Under the pieces are notes generated by a model. It was not told where the DNA came from, searched no databases, and saw nothing but the letters and a program-made list of their open reading frames with translations. A stretch of DNA of 62,925 nucleotides, filler included, from Reclinomonas americana ATCC 50394 (Eukaryota), in NCBI GenBank assembly GCA_048213135.1. It is 13 parts of 13 records of this genome, joined end to end, with 100 filler letters (N's around TTAATTAATTAA, not from the genome) between each part and the next. Parts side by side here need not be neighbours in the genome. Positions count along the whole stretch, not along the records: positions 48,367 to 58,274 come from AFZH01020851.1; positions 58,375 to 62,925 come from AFZH01020852.1; 11 more parts are not named here. One strand, written 5' to 3'. Below, piece after piece: positions 51,401 to 62,925 of the stretch. The position numbers were made by a program, and so were the translations under genes. Each line of letters opens with the position of its first letter. Position 1 is the first letter of the stretch.

Positions 51401-52490
51401 GTTCTTTGATGAGGCGTACCTGCGTTTTTGTGTGCACGACTTCACGCTGGACAATGTCGACGACTGGTGCGTTGCTGTCCTTTTTTCAGGTGGAGTCGAC
51501 GGTGGGAGCTGACTGTAGCGTGCTGGCAGTTTCATCCATCTGGCCAACAACTCGATCCAGAAGGACTCGGAGGATTTCGACGAGACCGAAATCGAAGGCA
51601 ACATGTGGCACACGAACGAGTTCCAGGCCTGGCTTCAGTGCGTACGACACTTCTCTATTGTACATCTTGTGGCAGAGACCTCACTGCTACGCACCTGGCA
51701 GAACTACGTACGGGCGCGATTTGTGGCTGGAGAAGATTCAGCCGGCGATGAAGCGCATTGTGGTGTGGGCGTTGGAGTCGGTGCAGGACATGGTGGAATC
51801 GCGCAAGAACTCGTTTGAGCTGTTTGGCTACGACTTCATGATCGACGATCAGTTTGACAGCTGGCTGATCGAGATCAACTCGTCGCCGGACCTCAGCTTC
51901 AGCACGCACGTCACGCAGGATCTCGTCTCGCGCATGCTGCCCGACATTGTCAAGGTGCTTGTGGATTTGCCCGATTCTGGACTGTACTGCCCCAAGTCGG
52001 GTGGCGTGGAACTCGTTGCGTGTGGTGGTGACATATATATAGAGAGAGACGTACGCGTTATTTCGATGCTAACACGCGTGCGCGCAGGACGTGGAGAACG
52101 CCAAGACATTCGACACTGGTCTGTGGCGCTTGCTGCACCGTGCACCCTACAAGTTCTCGTCCATGCGATCGCAAGTTGCGTGTGTGTGTGTGTGTGTGTG
52201 TGACATACTGCGAGGGAAAAGACTCACTATAATAGATTGGACAGTTCAACGCCTCGCTCGTGTTGACGGGCCAGAAGATGGTGCCGAAGCGGCCGCGTGC
52301 CGGCTCTGGTTCCGGCAGTGGTATCAATCTGCCGATGCTCAACACGGAAGAGTTGGCGATTGTGGGTTCGGCGGCAGGCGCGTCGTCCGAATCATCGTTC
52401 CCCGGTAGCGGCGTTGCCGGTGGCAGTGGAAGTGCAAGTGGCAGCCTCACAGATCGCAGGCACGCCGGCATTCATCTGGTCAGCATATAG
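48480..52490 (+). CDS. TTLL3: Tubulin glycylase of the TTLL3/TTLL8 family, multi-exon with a long low-complexity N-terminus
   Basis: [104 protein letters not shown]. The start position is tentative. Confidence 0.9.
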
Positions 52491-52640
52491 TTTTGTACTG
52501 ATGTCTCGTATTGTTGTTGTTGTTGTTGTTGTTGTTATGAAAAAATGCTTGTCAATTGTATTGTCATTGTGGTCGCATGCTGTTTCCCGTTTCACTGCTG
52601 AACTTCTTTTGGTGAGCCGAGCGCACAGAAGAGTCGGCGA

Positions 52641-53929
52641 TCACAAGTTCGCCGCCGACGACGAGCCATCGATGCCGTTGAAGATCAGAGTGTTGTTGAG
52701 TGGAATCAGTTGGTGCGTCAGCAGCTTGATGACTTCTTGCGAGCCGACTCCGCCCAGGAACGATGCAATGTTGTGCAGCTCGGCATTGCCATACCGCACA
52801 CTGTGGGGGAAAAGGAGAGAGTGAGCAACGAACGATGCATGTGCTTGCTGTGATCGATGGGTGGTGACACGCACATTTCCTGCACGTGCTCATCGAGTGG
52901 CGTCGCTTCGAGACTGCGAGCCGTCATCACGTTGCTGAGGTCGGAGCGTAGTTCCTGCGCATCGCTCTGCACGTGCGTAGTAAGCAGGAGACGCACGCAA
53001 ACGCACTCCATTTCTCTCTTCGGTGGCACACCTCGAGCATCGAGTCGACAACATCGCCCGGGTAGCGACCATTGCGCTTCACAAAGGCATCGACGGCGCG
53101 CAGCACCAGGTACCAGTCGAGCTCGGTCGGCACACCGTAGGATCTCATGGTCATGGCCGAGGCTGCGGAGTGAAAATGAGGATACCACAAGGTGAAAGGA
53201 TGCGCAGAATAAAAAAGGACGCAACAAATCTCCTGCACATGAGCTGCATCGGCCTCGATCTCCTGGTCCAGAGAGCGGTAGTGGAGGGCCTGAATGTAGA
53301 TGACATGCTTGCAAAAGTACTCCGTGTCCCAGCTGGAGATCTCGCCGACATCGCGGCTGAGACTCACCAGGAGTTCCTCGACACGCGCACGCACAGCAGC
53401 CAAGTCGCTCGCCGCCTTTTCCTGATAGCTGTACGAAACGAGTCAATGCAAGATGGATTGTGCGCGCGTCTAATCACGGTCGCCACGACGAAACATGCGC
53501 TGCGTGGCCAGGTACGCTTCGGTGCTGGCCTCCATGTCGGGAATCTTGCCGAGCAACGGCAGCGCGCCGGCACCCTCGTTCTCAGTGAACTCCTTCACCG
53601 CACGGGCCATGATCCAAAACTTCGGTGTTTCGTGCGTGAGCTCGGCACATCGCTCGTGCGCAAACACCTTGCGAACCTACATCGCATTCCACGCCACTGT
53701 CAAGTCACATGCACTGTCGTCGTCACCATCGTCGAAGAATGTGTGTGCACGAAACATTGGAGGGGATTTCGTACGGCACGTATGCGCGGTACGCGTGCTG
53801 CAACGCCTGGTCCATGTTGGCGGCCAGCGGGTCGCGCAGCTTGAGTGCCTTGACTTGAGCCTTGAAGACGTCCTTTTCCGCCGTTGTGCTGGGCATACGG
53901 CCATCATGCTGCGGTCACGCTATAGAAAT

Positions 53930-53991
<62 letters not shown>

Positions 53992-55493
53992 GCGCGCGCG
54001 AGTGAAAGAGAGACAGAGGCTCTCCTCGTCGTGCGCACCTCGGCCATCCACTGCTCGCGCAAACGCAGCAGAATAACTACAAACGGTGCGTGGTGCAGCA
54101 CTTGCGGATCGTCCAGGTTGAACGACGCCGCAAAGTCGCTCAGCTCGGGGAACGGACGCGTGAGACGCAGGTCCAGCATTGGCGTGTCAGGACGATGCTC
54201 CACCACTGCGACAAGTCAGTCATCACGCAACGGCGGGAGGAGGAGAAGGAGGGCGCGTACCAGTGTGCTCGGGCACGGCCAACCGCAGCTGCGCAATGAG
54301 GCCATTGCAGCGCGCAAACACGAGCGGCACGCCCACGCTCCAGCACGCGCGGCCGACTGGCGCCGCCTGCTCCAACGTCATTCCCGTTGCAATCACACAG
54401 CTGAACCGGTGGAAATACTCCGGATCGCGTTCCGCAATCACCGCAGGGTCCTGGAGCAACGCACTGGTGACTTGACGAGGAAGAGGAAGGGAGAGCGAGA
54501 GGAAGGGAGGGAGAGGGAGAGGAAGGGAGGGAAGAAGCAAACAAAAGACGGGAGTGGCTTCGAGAGCCTGAATAGAAAAGGGAAGCGCAACGGAGGGAGA
54601 AAGAGGGAGAGGAAGGGAGGGAGAGGCAAACCAAACACGGGAGTGGATTCGAGAGCCTGAGTAGAAAAGGGAAGTGCAACAGAAGGAGAAAGAGAGAAGC
54701 AGAAGAAGGGACAGGGAAGAGGTGAATAAGACGGGAGTGGATTCGAGAGCCTGAGTAGAAAAGGGAAGTGCAACGGAAGGAGAAAGAGAGAAGCAGAAGA
54801 AGGGACAGGGAGGGAAGAAGCAAACAAAAGACGGGAGTGGCTTCGAGAGCCAGAATAGAAAAGGGAAGCGCGACGGAAGAAGAGTGAGAGAGTGGAAGAA
54901 GCAACTAAAAGACGGCAGGTTCGAGAGCCTGATCAGAGGCCAAGTGAGACAGCCAGGAAGCCAGACGAAGGAGAGAAAGAGAAGGGAGGGAGAGGAGAAT
55001 GCACATAGCTAGTGCAGAGAGGAAGACGCACCTCAGTGACAAAGTCACCAGAGACGTCGGGATTGAGCTCGCGCAGCAACTCGGCCGCGACCTCTGCGCG
55101 ATTGCGTCCAATCGAATCGGCCGTGACGAAAAAGTTCTTTCCCAAGTCCATTGCAGTGACCAGTGCATCGTCAATGATGGTGAACTTGCCAATGCCTTTT
55201 TGCATAGCACACAGTCACCAGTGAGAATGCATTTTGTGTGTCACTCTCACTCACTCACTCACCAGGCAACACCAGGTTCTTGAGGATTTCTGTGCCAGTG
55301 GCCGACGCATGCAACAGACACACATGCGCTGTCTCAATCGAGTGTTGCCCGTGCTCACCCCACAGACTGAGAGAGAAAAGGTCATTTCTTCTCTTCTTTC
55401 ACTGTGTGTGTGTGAGTGAGAGTGTGAGAGTGTGTGCACGCACCGGATCTGTCGGTCGTACTTGCGCTGCTTCTTGGAGAGGTCGGCGGCCAT
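52641..55493 (-). CDS. NAE1: NEDD8-activating enzyme E1 regulatory subunit (APPBP1/ULA1/AXR1)
   Basis: [134 protein letters not shown]. Confidence 0.95.
53932..53989. repeat. (CA)n microsatellite in a NAE1 intron
   Basis: Uninterrupted CA run. Shorter CA/GT and GA/CT runs occur in many introns of the window. Confidence 0.95.
54540..54932. repeat. Purine-rich minisatellite (~90-100 bp unit, 4-5 copies) in a NAE1 intron
   Basis: ACGGGAGTGG[C/A]TTCGAGAGCC..AGAAAAGGGAAG recurs at ~54548, 54637, 54731 and 54831, with a degenerate copy at ~54911. Confidence 0.9.
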
Positions 55494-55608
55494 GATGAGA
55501 GTGTGTGTTTAGTTTGTGTTGTTGTCCACAGGACACGCGGAACAATTGTAACTTTCACATAGGGCTTTCTTTCATTACGGATACAACGAAACAATACAAG
55601 TGGTGGGC

Positions 55609-58274
55609 TTATGCCGGTGAGTGTGGATGCATGGCGCCGCTTGAGTTTTGTGGAGTTGACGGCTCACTTCCGTCGGTTTCAAAGCCGCCGGCACTGTAGG
55701 CCGAGTCGCCGCCGGGTGAGCGCATCACGTCGGCAGCGTGGCGCACAGACTTGGGTGCTGTGGGCGTGCTGGCTGCTGCACTAGCTGCTGCTGCAGCGGC
55801 ACGAGACTGTTTGGGAGGAGCAGAGGAGGGTGAGATGTTGTTGCTTGGTGAAGTCATGAAAGGATTGTTGCAGATTTACCTTGTCGGAGGCCACGGCGGC
55901 TGTGCCGGCACGCTCTGCGGCTACTGCACCGAGCAGAAGCTGCGACGAGTCGTCCAAAATCTCCCGCTCCAAGTGCATCTGCTGCTGACGCGAGTGCTTG
56001 GTGGTGCGAGCCGACGGGTGCACGTCGAGATTGAACTACACACGGATAACGTCAGTCGATCATGGTGGGAATTGGTCGTCTCTGCTCCGCTGCACACGCA
56101 ACTCCCAGCTCCGAGTCGCTCAGTTCCTCGGCCGCGTCCAGCGACTTGCTGACACCCGACAAGTCCAAATTGTACATGCGCATCGACTCGTGCGCGCCCT
56201 TGGGCGACGACAAGACTGTGGGGCGATCGACGGCCGTCACTGCCATGCGCGATCCTGGTCTTGAGTGTGCCATCTCACGCGGCAGCGTCGGCAGCGGTGC
56301 GTGTGAGGCCGGATCGAGCAATCGGGTGTTGACCGACGACTCTGCAGCGGCACTTCGTAAGCAAACAAGACACACACGTTTCTCGCACGCATCACGCACC
56401 ATCTCCTCCGCTCTCCTTGATCGCCTGCAATCGCATCGTTTCCTCTGCTTGTCGATGCAACCGCGCCCGCAAGAGCTCCTGTTGCTCACGCAGATACAGC
56501 TGCTGACGAGCGCGCTCGTTGGCCACCGCCACCTCGCCGTCAAAATCAGGGGACTTTGAGCGATGCGAGTGGCCGCCGCCAGCGGTCGCAGCTGCAGACT
56601 GCGGCCGGTAGGCGCCGACGCGACGAGGGCGTCCTGTGTCGGCAGTGCGACCCGACATGGACGAGGCGGGGCGAGTGCTGGCCGCCGAGGCGCCACCGCC
56701 CGCCTTTTGCACGCGCCGACCCATGGATTGCGAGAGACCGCTGAGTGCCACGTCGACGCTGGCCTGCTGGGCCTCGACGGCACTGGTTGGCCGTCTTGCA
56801 CCCTGCTGCTTCTTCGCCTGCTCGCGCTGCCGCATGACAATGACGCGCTGCTTCGAATCCTGCGGATGACTGCTCTTGCCGCTCGCCGGTCTACGGCTGA
56901 CCAGTCCGTGTCGTTGTATCTGCTGAAGGAACGACGACGATGCTCCGCCAGGTGGTGGCGGCTGCCGTCGCGAACCTCCACCACTGCCGCCACCATAGAT
57001 GCGCATGAGCATCGCAATGTCGGCATCCTCCTCGTCAGAGTCTTCCCACACGGCGCTGTCGTGTGCGCCACGGCCCGCCGCTCCATGCGGCGATTTCGAG
57101 CGCTCCAGCGGCGCCTGCGCGAGGATACCGTCGGCCGAGGGCACGCCGGTGGCATCGCCAGGCATCAGCTGCTTGATAACTTGCATGAATGACTCGTGAT
57201 CCAGGCGGCTGTGTGGTCGATTTCGTAGTGCGGCTGCCGCATCGCCAGCGCCGCCCGCCTCGTCAAAGCCGTCTGCGGCACCGGGAGGCAGCTCTCGAGG
57301 ACCTAGAATTTTGCGCAAGCTATGAGCACAGGGCGAGATATAAAGGAAGAGAGTAAGAGAAAGTTACGCAACTGGGATACTCGTCAGAGTGCATGGCCGC
57401 GTCAAGATCCTCTGGCGCCGGCTCCGTGGCATGCCGTGAACTGTGGCCGGGTTCTGATGGCTCGGGAGCACCAGGTCGCGCCGGCACCGGCGACTCGCGA
57501 CCAGTCGGGCTCGTGTCGCGATTGCCGTGTGCGTACGAGTGCAAGGCATTCATCAGCAGACTGCCGCCGGGCACACTCGCGTCTCGCTCTGCCTTCAGCT
57601 CGCTCATGGTCTGCGCACGCGACAAATCAGCACAAGGCGCATAATAATCAAGTGTGCCCACTGCAAACCAACCTTGCGCTCGCCCTCGGTGGCCCGCCAC
57701 GATCGCCCCCCTTGTGGTGCTTGTGGCGGATGCGGTCCGCCTTCCACCTCCACTCCAGACACAGACTCGCTGTTCTTCGTGGAACCATCTGTCGCGTACC
57801 TGCCCTTGCGCTTCGAGCCGCCACCACCAGATGACTGCGGCCGGCGCGGAGGCGACGCCTGAATCGTCTCCACGTGTCCATTGGTCAGCAGCTGTTGCGG
57901 CTGTGCGTACGCACTGTGTGGTCGAGTCTGCTTGGTGACGCGGCGTCGCGGTGGACTGGTGAGCGGTGGCGAGTACAGGCCCGACGCCAGACTGCTGGCC
58001 ACGGTGAATCGCGTGTCCCACTGTGGTCGCTTCTCCTGCGGCTGCATGCTGGCGCCTCCCGCGCGACTGGCGGGTCGCGAGGGCGGATTGCTGGTCGACT
58101 TGGAGGCGCCGGTGCGTGCCGATGCAGGTCGCTGCGATCCCGCCGCCGCCTGGGTGTCGTCATGGTTAGCACGAGTGAGGGAGGGAGGGGAAAGAGCACA
58201 AAAAGCTGCCACCAACCTTGCCCTCGTCATCGGCAAGCCCATCTCCGTGCGCATCGTCGTCCACCACCTCCACA
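55609..58274 (-). CDS. Uncharacterised low-complexity protein with a short coiled coil; 5' end in the gap
   Basis: Consecutive minus-strand ORFs (57604-58254, 57320-58021, 56392-57318, 55609-55857) can be linked by GT..AG introns, e.g. donor GTTGCG at 57372 with the next exon reading S-PRELPP. Contains repeated RP-x-S-A motifs and NERARQQLYLREQQELLRARLHRQAEE. No family recognised. Confidence 0.55.
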
Positions 58275-58374
58275 NNNNNNNNNNNNNNNNNNNNNNNNNN
58301 NNNNNNNNNNNNNNNNNNTTAATTAATTAANNNNNNNNNNNNNNNNNNNNNNNNNNNNNNNNNNNNNNNNNNNN

Positions 58375-58415
58375 TCTCTCCTCCTCCTCCTCCTCCCTCC
58401 CTCCCTCCCTCCCTC

Positions 58416-58449
<34 letters not shown>

Positions 58450-58459
58450 TCTCTCCTCC

Positions 58460-58490
<31 letters not shown>
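58375..58490. repeat. CT-rich microsatellite at a contig start
   Basis: (CT)n/(CCT)n/(CCCT)n runs directly after the gap. Confidence 0.9.
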
Positions 58491-58493
<3 letters not shown>

Positions 58494-58717
58494 TTTTTCC
58501 CACACTCAACAGTCACTGACAAACGATGGCCTGTCTGACTTCCTTGGCCGCTTCTTGGCCGCAGCTGCAGCTGCGGCCTGTGCAAAGGCAGTCGTCCAGG
58601 CTGCAGGGTTCACTGATGGGAGTGACATAAAGAGAGAGTGAGATCGAGCAGAAACGCAGTCAATCGATTTTCAGTCAGTGATTGCGTGCGAGAAGTGTGT
58701 GTGTGACTGTGGTGGCC

Positions 58718-61024
58718 ATGGTGAGAACACCAGTGAGCGAGAGAGTGTGTGTGAGAGAAGGAGAGAGAGATGCGCGTGAGAAACAGAGTACATTTGTGAG
58801 ACTGACAGATTGGCAGACAGGAACGCGCATGTGAGACTGACACAGGCAGACAGTGCATGTGCATGTGTGTGTGGGAGAGAGATGCGCATGAGAAACAGAG
58901 TACATTGTGAGACTGATGACGCAGACAGATTGGCTGACACCTTGACTGATTGCTGTGCTTGCAGGATAAGCCCACAGAACACTGCATGTATACACTGGAG
59001 GTGTTAGGCGAGATCGTTGAGGCGCCTTATGTTGCGTCTTTTTTCTTTTTTTGTGGAGATGCGCTTCTGCTGGCTGCTCGCTCAATTGTCGACACAGTTG
59101 CAACCGTGCATGATTGCGTTCTCGGTCATGCTCGTTGTGTTGTACTCGACTGCGGCCACTGGATTCTTGACGTTGCGCGCTGTGTGTGTGAGAGAGAGAG
59201 TCGCCCTCCCGTCATGGGCGTCTCACCTCGTCGCAGATTCGCTCGCCTGCGACCCATGCGACCGCGATCGCCACTGCTCACGGCCATTGGTCTCATGGCC
59301 ATGGCCATCACTGGCGTGTTCTTGCTGGCATTCATCTTTCGTCGGCATTGCGTCATGCTGGTGTTTGTGTTGCCGGGTCCCATTGTGTGGATCGGGTCGC
59401 AGGTCGGTCAGCCTTCGCACAGTCCCTCTGGTTGATATTTGACCCAACTGTTCCCCCCCACAGTTTCTGCGAGCTCTGCGACTGCTGGCACTCTTCCGCA
59501 CCTCGCGGAGGCAGTTCCTGCGCTACCTGCAGGACGCAGACAACTCGGTGGATCCCTCATCGTCGATTGAGAAGCTCACTCCTCGCGTGGTCAATGCACA
59601 ACCGGTTCTTTTCGGACGGACCTCGTTCATTGCCGAGTCGCTCTACGTGCACCTCTCGCTGGGTGTTGTTGTGGCAGCACTCGGCACGATTGCCATTGTT
59701 CTCAGCGTGCGCATCCCGAATCTGTGGAACCCCAACACGGCGTTGACGGACACGGAAGTGTGTGCGTGTTATTTTGCAGCTCACGATACTGTGACGGGCA
59801 CCACTGTCGCATGTTGCGTGCGAGTGTGTTTCTGCTCATTGTCCCGTCCGTGCACACGTTTACGCGGTTTGCGCGCAGATATTATCCTCTCCGCTGTGCT
59901 GTTGCTTACTTGCCGCTGGTTGCGCGACATTACTGATTTGCTGAATGTGCGCTCCGAACTGCTGCTGGTCGGCGCCACCAACTTGCCCGTTGGCACATGT
60001 GCGTCGACGGGAGACTTTTTCTTTCATCAACATGCCTTGCCTGCTGCCTCGTTTCTCACCCGGCTCTCCTTTGCAGTAACCCTCATTGTCTGGATCTACC
60101 ACAAGAACCCACCTGCTTGGGCGTATGTGCTCAGTGCGGCGCTGTTGGTCGCTGTAACCGCCGCCGGCTCCGTGTACATGCTGTACTACACGCTGGCAGA
60201 CTATCGTCTGCGCAGTCGGTGGGACGCCGTGGCGGCGTCCGTGGGCAAACTGGAGGAGCCGCTGGTGGGTGGCCAGCGAAGTGGCTTCTGCTCGGTGTTG
60301 GTCGATCCGGAGGCGCGAACCCTCTTCCGTCGGCATCTGGTGGCGCAGATGGCCGTCGAGGTGTGTGTTGGGAGAGAGAGAGAGAGACTTGTCTTGTTTT
60401 TTTGTTGCGACTCTCATTCGTCCTCGGATCGCAGCACTTGCTGTTCCTCGACAGATTAGACCAGTGGCGAGAGATGCTGCGCCGCGATCGCAACTCGCGT
60501 GCGGCGATTGAGATGCTTGATACGTTGTACGGGCGTCACTTTGTCGACGGCGCCAGTGACGAACTCAATCTGGTGCGAATGCATTCCACTATGTGTCACA
60601 AACCTCTCTCACCCCATTGTCGAGCTACAGCCTGGCCACGTGGTCCGCCAAATCCGGGCCTCGTTCAACAACGCCACCAGCGCGTCACCGAATGCCGACG
60701 TGTTGCAACGAGTGTGCGCCGAAGAGCCACTTCCCGACCTGTCATCATTCACCGGCGAAGACGCGCCTGACGACCTGGCCACCTTCACTAATCGACGATA
60801 CACTGGCAGTGTGTTCTACGCAGCTGCGAAGCAGTGCCTCTTCATCTTGCGGTCAGGTTCGCCACGTCTACCTCAATCAGTACCATTCCCCGCCGGCGTG
60901 CTCATATGCTGTTGTGATTTTCGCAGACTGCTGGGCTCGCTTCCGCACCTCAGCGACGTACGTCAAATACCTCGAACAGGGCAACGAGTTGGTATTACGA
61001 ACCGCCGTTGCGCTGACACTGTAG
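58718..61024 (+). CDS. 7TM-RGS protein, copy 1 (seven TM helices plus a C-terminal regulator of G-protein signalling domain)
   Basis: The spliced model has 7 hydrophobic segments, MRPRSPLL after TM1 and RDITDLLNVRSEL before TM6. RGS domain: VLVDPEARTLFRRHLVAQMAVE|HLLFLDRL..LYGRHFVDGASDELNL|PGHVVRQI..VFYAAAKQCLFILRS|DCWARFRTSATY. Confidence 0.88.
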
Positions 61025-61213
61025 CACGTCTCAACCCACCACCACCACCACCTAAGTCGGCGCTCTTCTGAACGAGGAACGCCATAATGAATTGATTGTT
61101 TTGAAGTCGTACGCACGTCGGTGTCCTCGTCGTTTTCCACGTGCTTGCAGGAGAGAGTGTGCCTGATCGTCCACATCTTGAGTGTGTGAAGGAATCCAGT
61201 GTGTGTGATCGCC

Positions 61214-61251
61214 ATGGTGAGGGTTCCGATACGCATTTGTGATCAAAACGA

Positions 61252-61287
<36 letters not shown>

Positions 61288-61303
61288 TGACGTTGTGTGT
61301 GTG

Positions 61304-61338
<35 letters not shown>

Positions 61339-62925
61339 AGAGTCATGTGATGACAGTCAACACTGACTGCATTGTGATGAGGTGCAGGATGTGCCTGGTG
61401 AAGTCTGCCAACTCACCCTGCAGGTGCTGGCTGAGATGGCGGCGACAAACTATGTTGCGACAAGCTCTTCATGCGCAGCTGTCTCTGTGATCGCTCATCC
61501 TGTTGTCGTACGCGCGCCACAGTTGAAGCCATGCATGATCGCATTCGCAGTTGGCCTCGTTGCAGTGTACACAGTGGCTGCCTCCTTATTCCTGAGGTTG
61601 CGAGAGTGTGCGAGAGTGACCTGCTTTCGCCTCGCACTCTCTCATTCGTACACGCTGTGGCCTGCAGGTTTGCGCGCTTGCGAGCTATGCGACCTCGGTC
61701 GCCGCTGCTCACCGCACTAGGCTTCGTGGCCATGGGCGTCACTGGCGTGTTCTCGCTGACATTCATCTTCCGCCCACACTGCGTTTTGCTGGTGTTCTTG
61801 TTGCCCGGTCCCATTGTGTTTCTTGGGTCGCAGGTCGGTCAGCATTCGCACAGTCCTTGTGGTTGATATCCGACCCTTCTGTTTTCGCCGCAGTTTCTGC
61901 GATCTTTGCGACTGCTGGCACTCTTTCGAACCTCGCGCAAACAGTTCTTGCGTTATTTGCAAGACGCGGGTAACGCAGCGGATCCTTCTTCATCCGCTGA
62001 CAAGCTCACTCCGCGAGCGGTCAAGCCGCAGCTCGCTTTGTTCGGACGGTCGTCGTTCATTGCCGAGTCGTTCTACGTGCATCTACTTCTGGGCGTCGTT
62101 GTGGTGGCGCTGGGCACCATTGCCATTGTACTCAGCGTGCGCATCCCGAATCTGTGGGACCCCAGCACAGCGTTGACGGACACGCAAGTGTGCGCGTGTT
62201 ACTCCGCAGCTCACGACACGTTGACGGGCACAACTGTTGCATGTTGCGTGTAATTGTGTGCGTGTTCTCCGCCGCACTCGTGCATGAGTTCACCGTGCTG
62301 CTGTACAGATATTATCCTGTCGTCTGTGCTGTTGCTTACGTGCTACTGGCTGCGAGACATTAACGACCTGCTGAATGTGCGCTCCGAACTGCTGCTGGTC
62401 GGTGCCACCAACTTGCCTTCTGGGATATGTGCGTCGAAGAGATGATCTGCACATGTACCACACGCCGTGTTTGTCTCGCGTCTCACCCGACTCTCATTCG
62501 CAGTAACCCTCATCATCTGGGTCGCTCGAAGCAACCCACCTGCATGGGCGTATGTGCTCAGCATTGCGCTGCTGCTTGCTGTGACGCTTGCCGGCTCCGC
62601 GTACATGCTACATTACACGCTTGCCGACAACCGCCTGCGCAGTCGATGGGACGCCGTGGCGGCGGCCGTGGGCAAGCTGGAGGAGCCGCTTGTCGACGGT
62701 CAACGGAGTGGCTTCTGCTCAGTATTGGTGGACGAAGAGGCACGAGCCCTCTTCCGTCAGCATCTGGTTTCACAGATGGCCGTCGAGGTGCGTGGGAGGA
62801 GGGGAGGGATACTCGTCCTGGTTGTTTTGATGTTCAAATCCCTCCCTCGTTCCGCAGCACTTGCTGTTCCTCGACAGGTTAGATCAGTGGCGAGAGATGC
62901 TGCGCCGCGATCGATCATCGGGTGC
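61214..62925 (+). CDS. 7TM-RGS protein, copy 2 (tandem paralogue), truncated by the window end
   Basis: Exon-by-exon match to copy 1 (RPRSPLLT, LSVRIPNLW, DLLNVRSELLLVGATNLP, LRSRWDAV, LFRQHLVSQMAVE|HLLFLDRL). Intron positions are the same while intron sequences have diverged. Confidence 0.88.

Noticed and set aside
58513..58640. Short open frame after the CT tract (SLTNDGLSDFLGRFLAAAAAAA..) as the last exon of another gene
   Set aside because: Plausible, but too short and cut off by the gap to support.
59993..59994. Possible GC-AG intron donor in 7TM-RGS copy 1
   Set aside because: A canonical T|GTGCGT donor 6 nt downstream gives the same phase and is conserved in copy 2.
2182..62925. Non-standard genetic code explaining fragmented ORFs
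   Set aside because: The interruptions I examined in conserved genes are resolved by GT-AG introns, and TAA, TAG and TGA all appear as terminal stops.

Overview
Eukaryotic (protist-like) genomic DNA, GC-rich, gene-dense and intron-rich. It is split into 13 contigs by twelve identical 100-bp artificial spacers (N44-TTAATTAATTAA-N44). Gene models were spliced by eye. Left to right: a partial EGF + BNR/Asp-box repeat gene (-), VPS16 (-, 3' truncated), CLUAP1/IFT38 (-), a ~27-kb gene for a giant (~8,000 aa visible) type-I membrane protein (+; signal peptide, NHL head, roughly 60-65 Cys-containing TIG/Ig-like repeats, two Trp-rich lectin-like domains, TM helix, Pro/Ser-rich tail), an alpha/beta-hydrolase lipase (-), a GPI-type trypsin-like protease (-), PI4KA (-, partial), a TTLL3/8 tubulin glycylase (+), NAE1/APPBP1 (-), an orphan gene (-) and two tandem 7TM-RGS genes (+). 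IFT38 and TTLL3 imply a flagellated organism. The two most striking signals are (1) a very frequent atypical 5' splice site, GT-TGCG, which is the GTGCG donor with one extra T and is inferred at about 28 introns in eight genes, and (2) the giant surface protein lying head-to-head with IFT38. No database searches were run. Family calls come from recognised motifs, and exon boundaries come from restoring reading frames.
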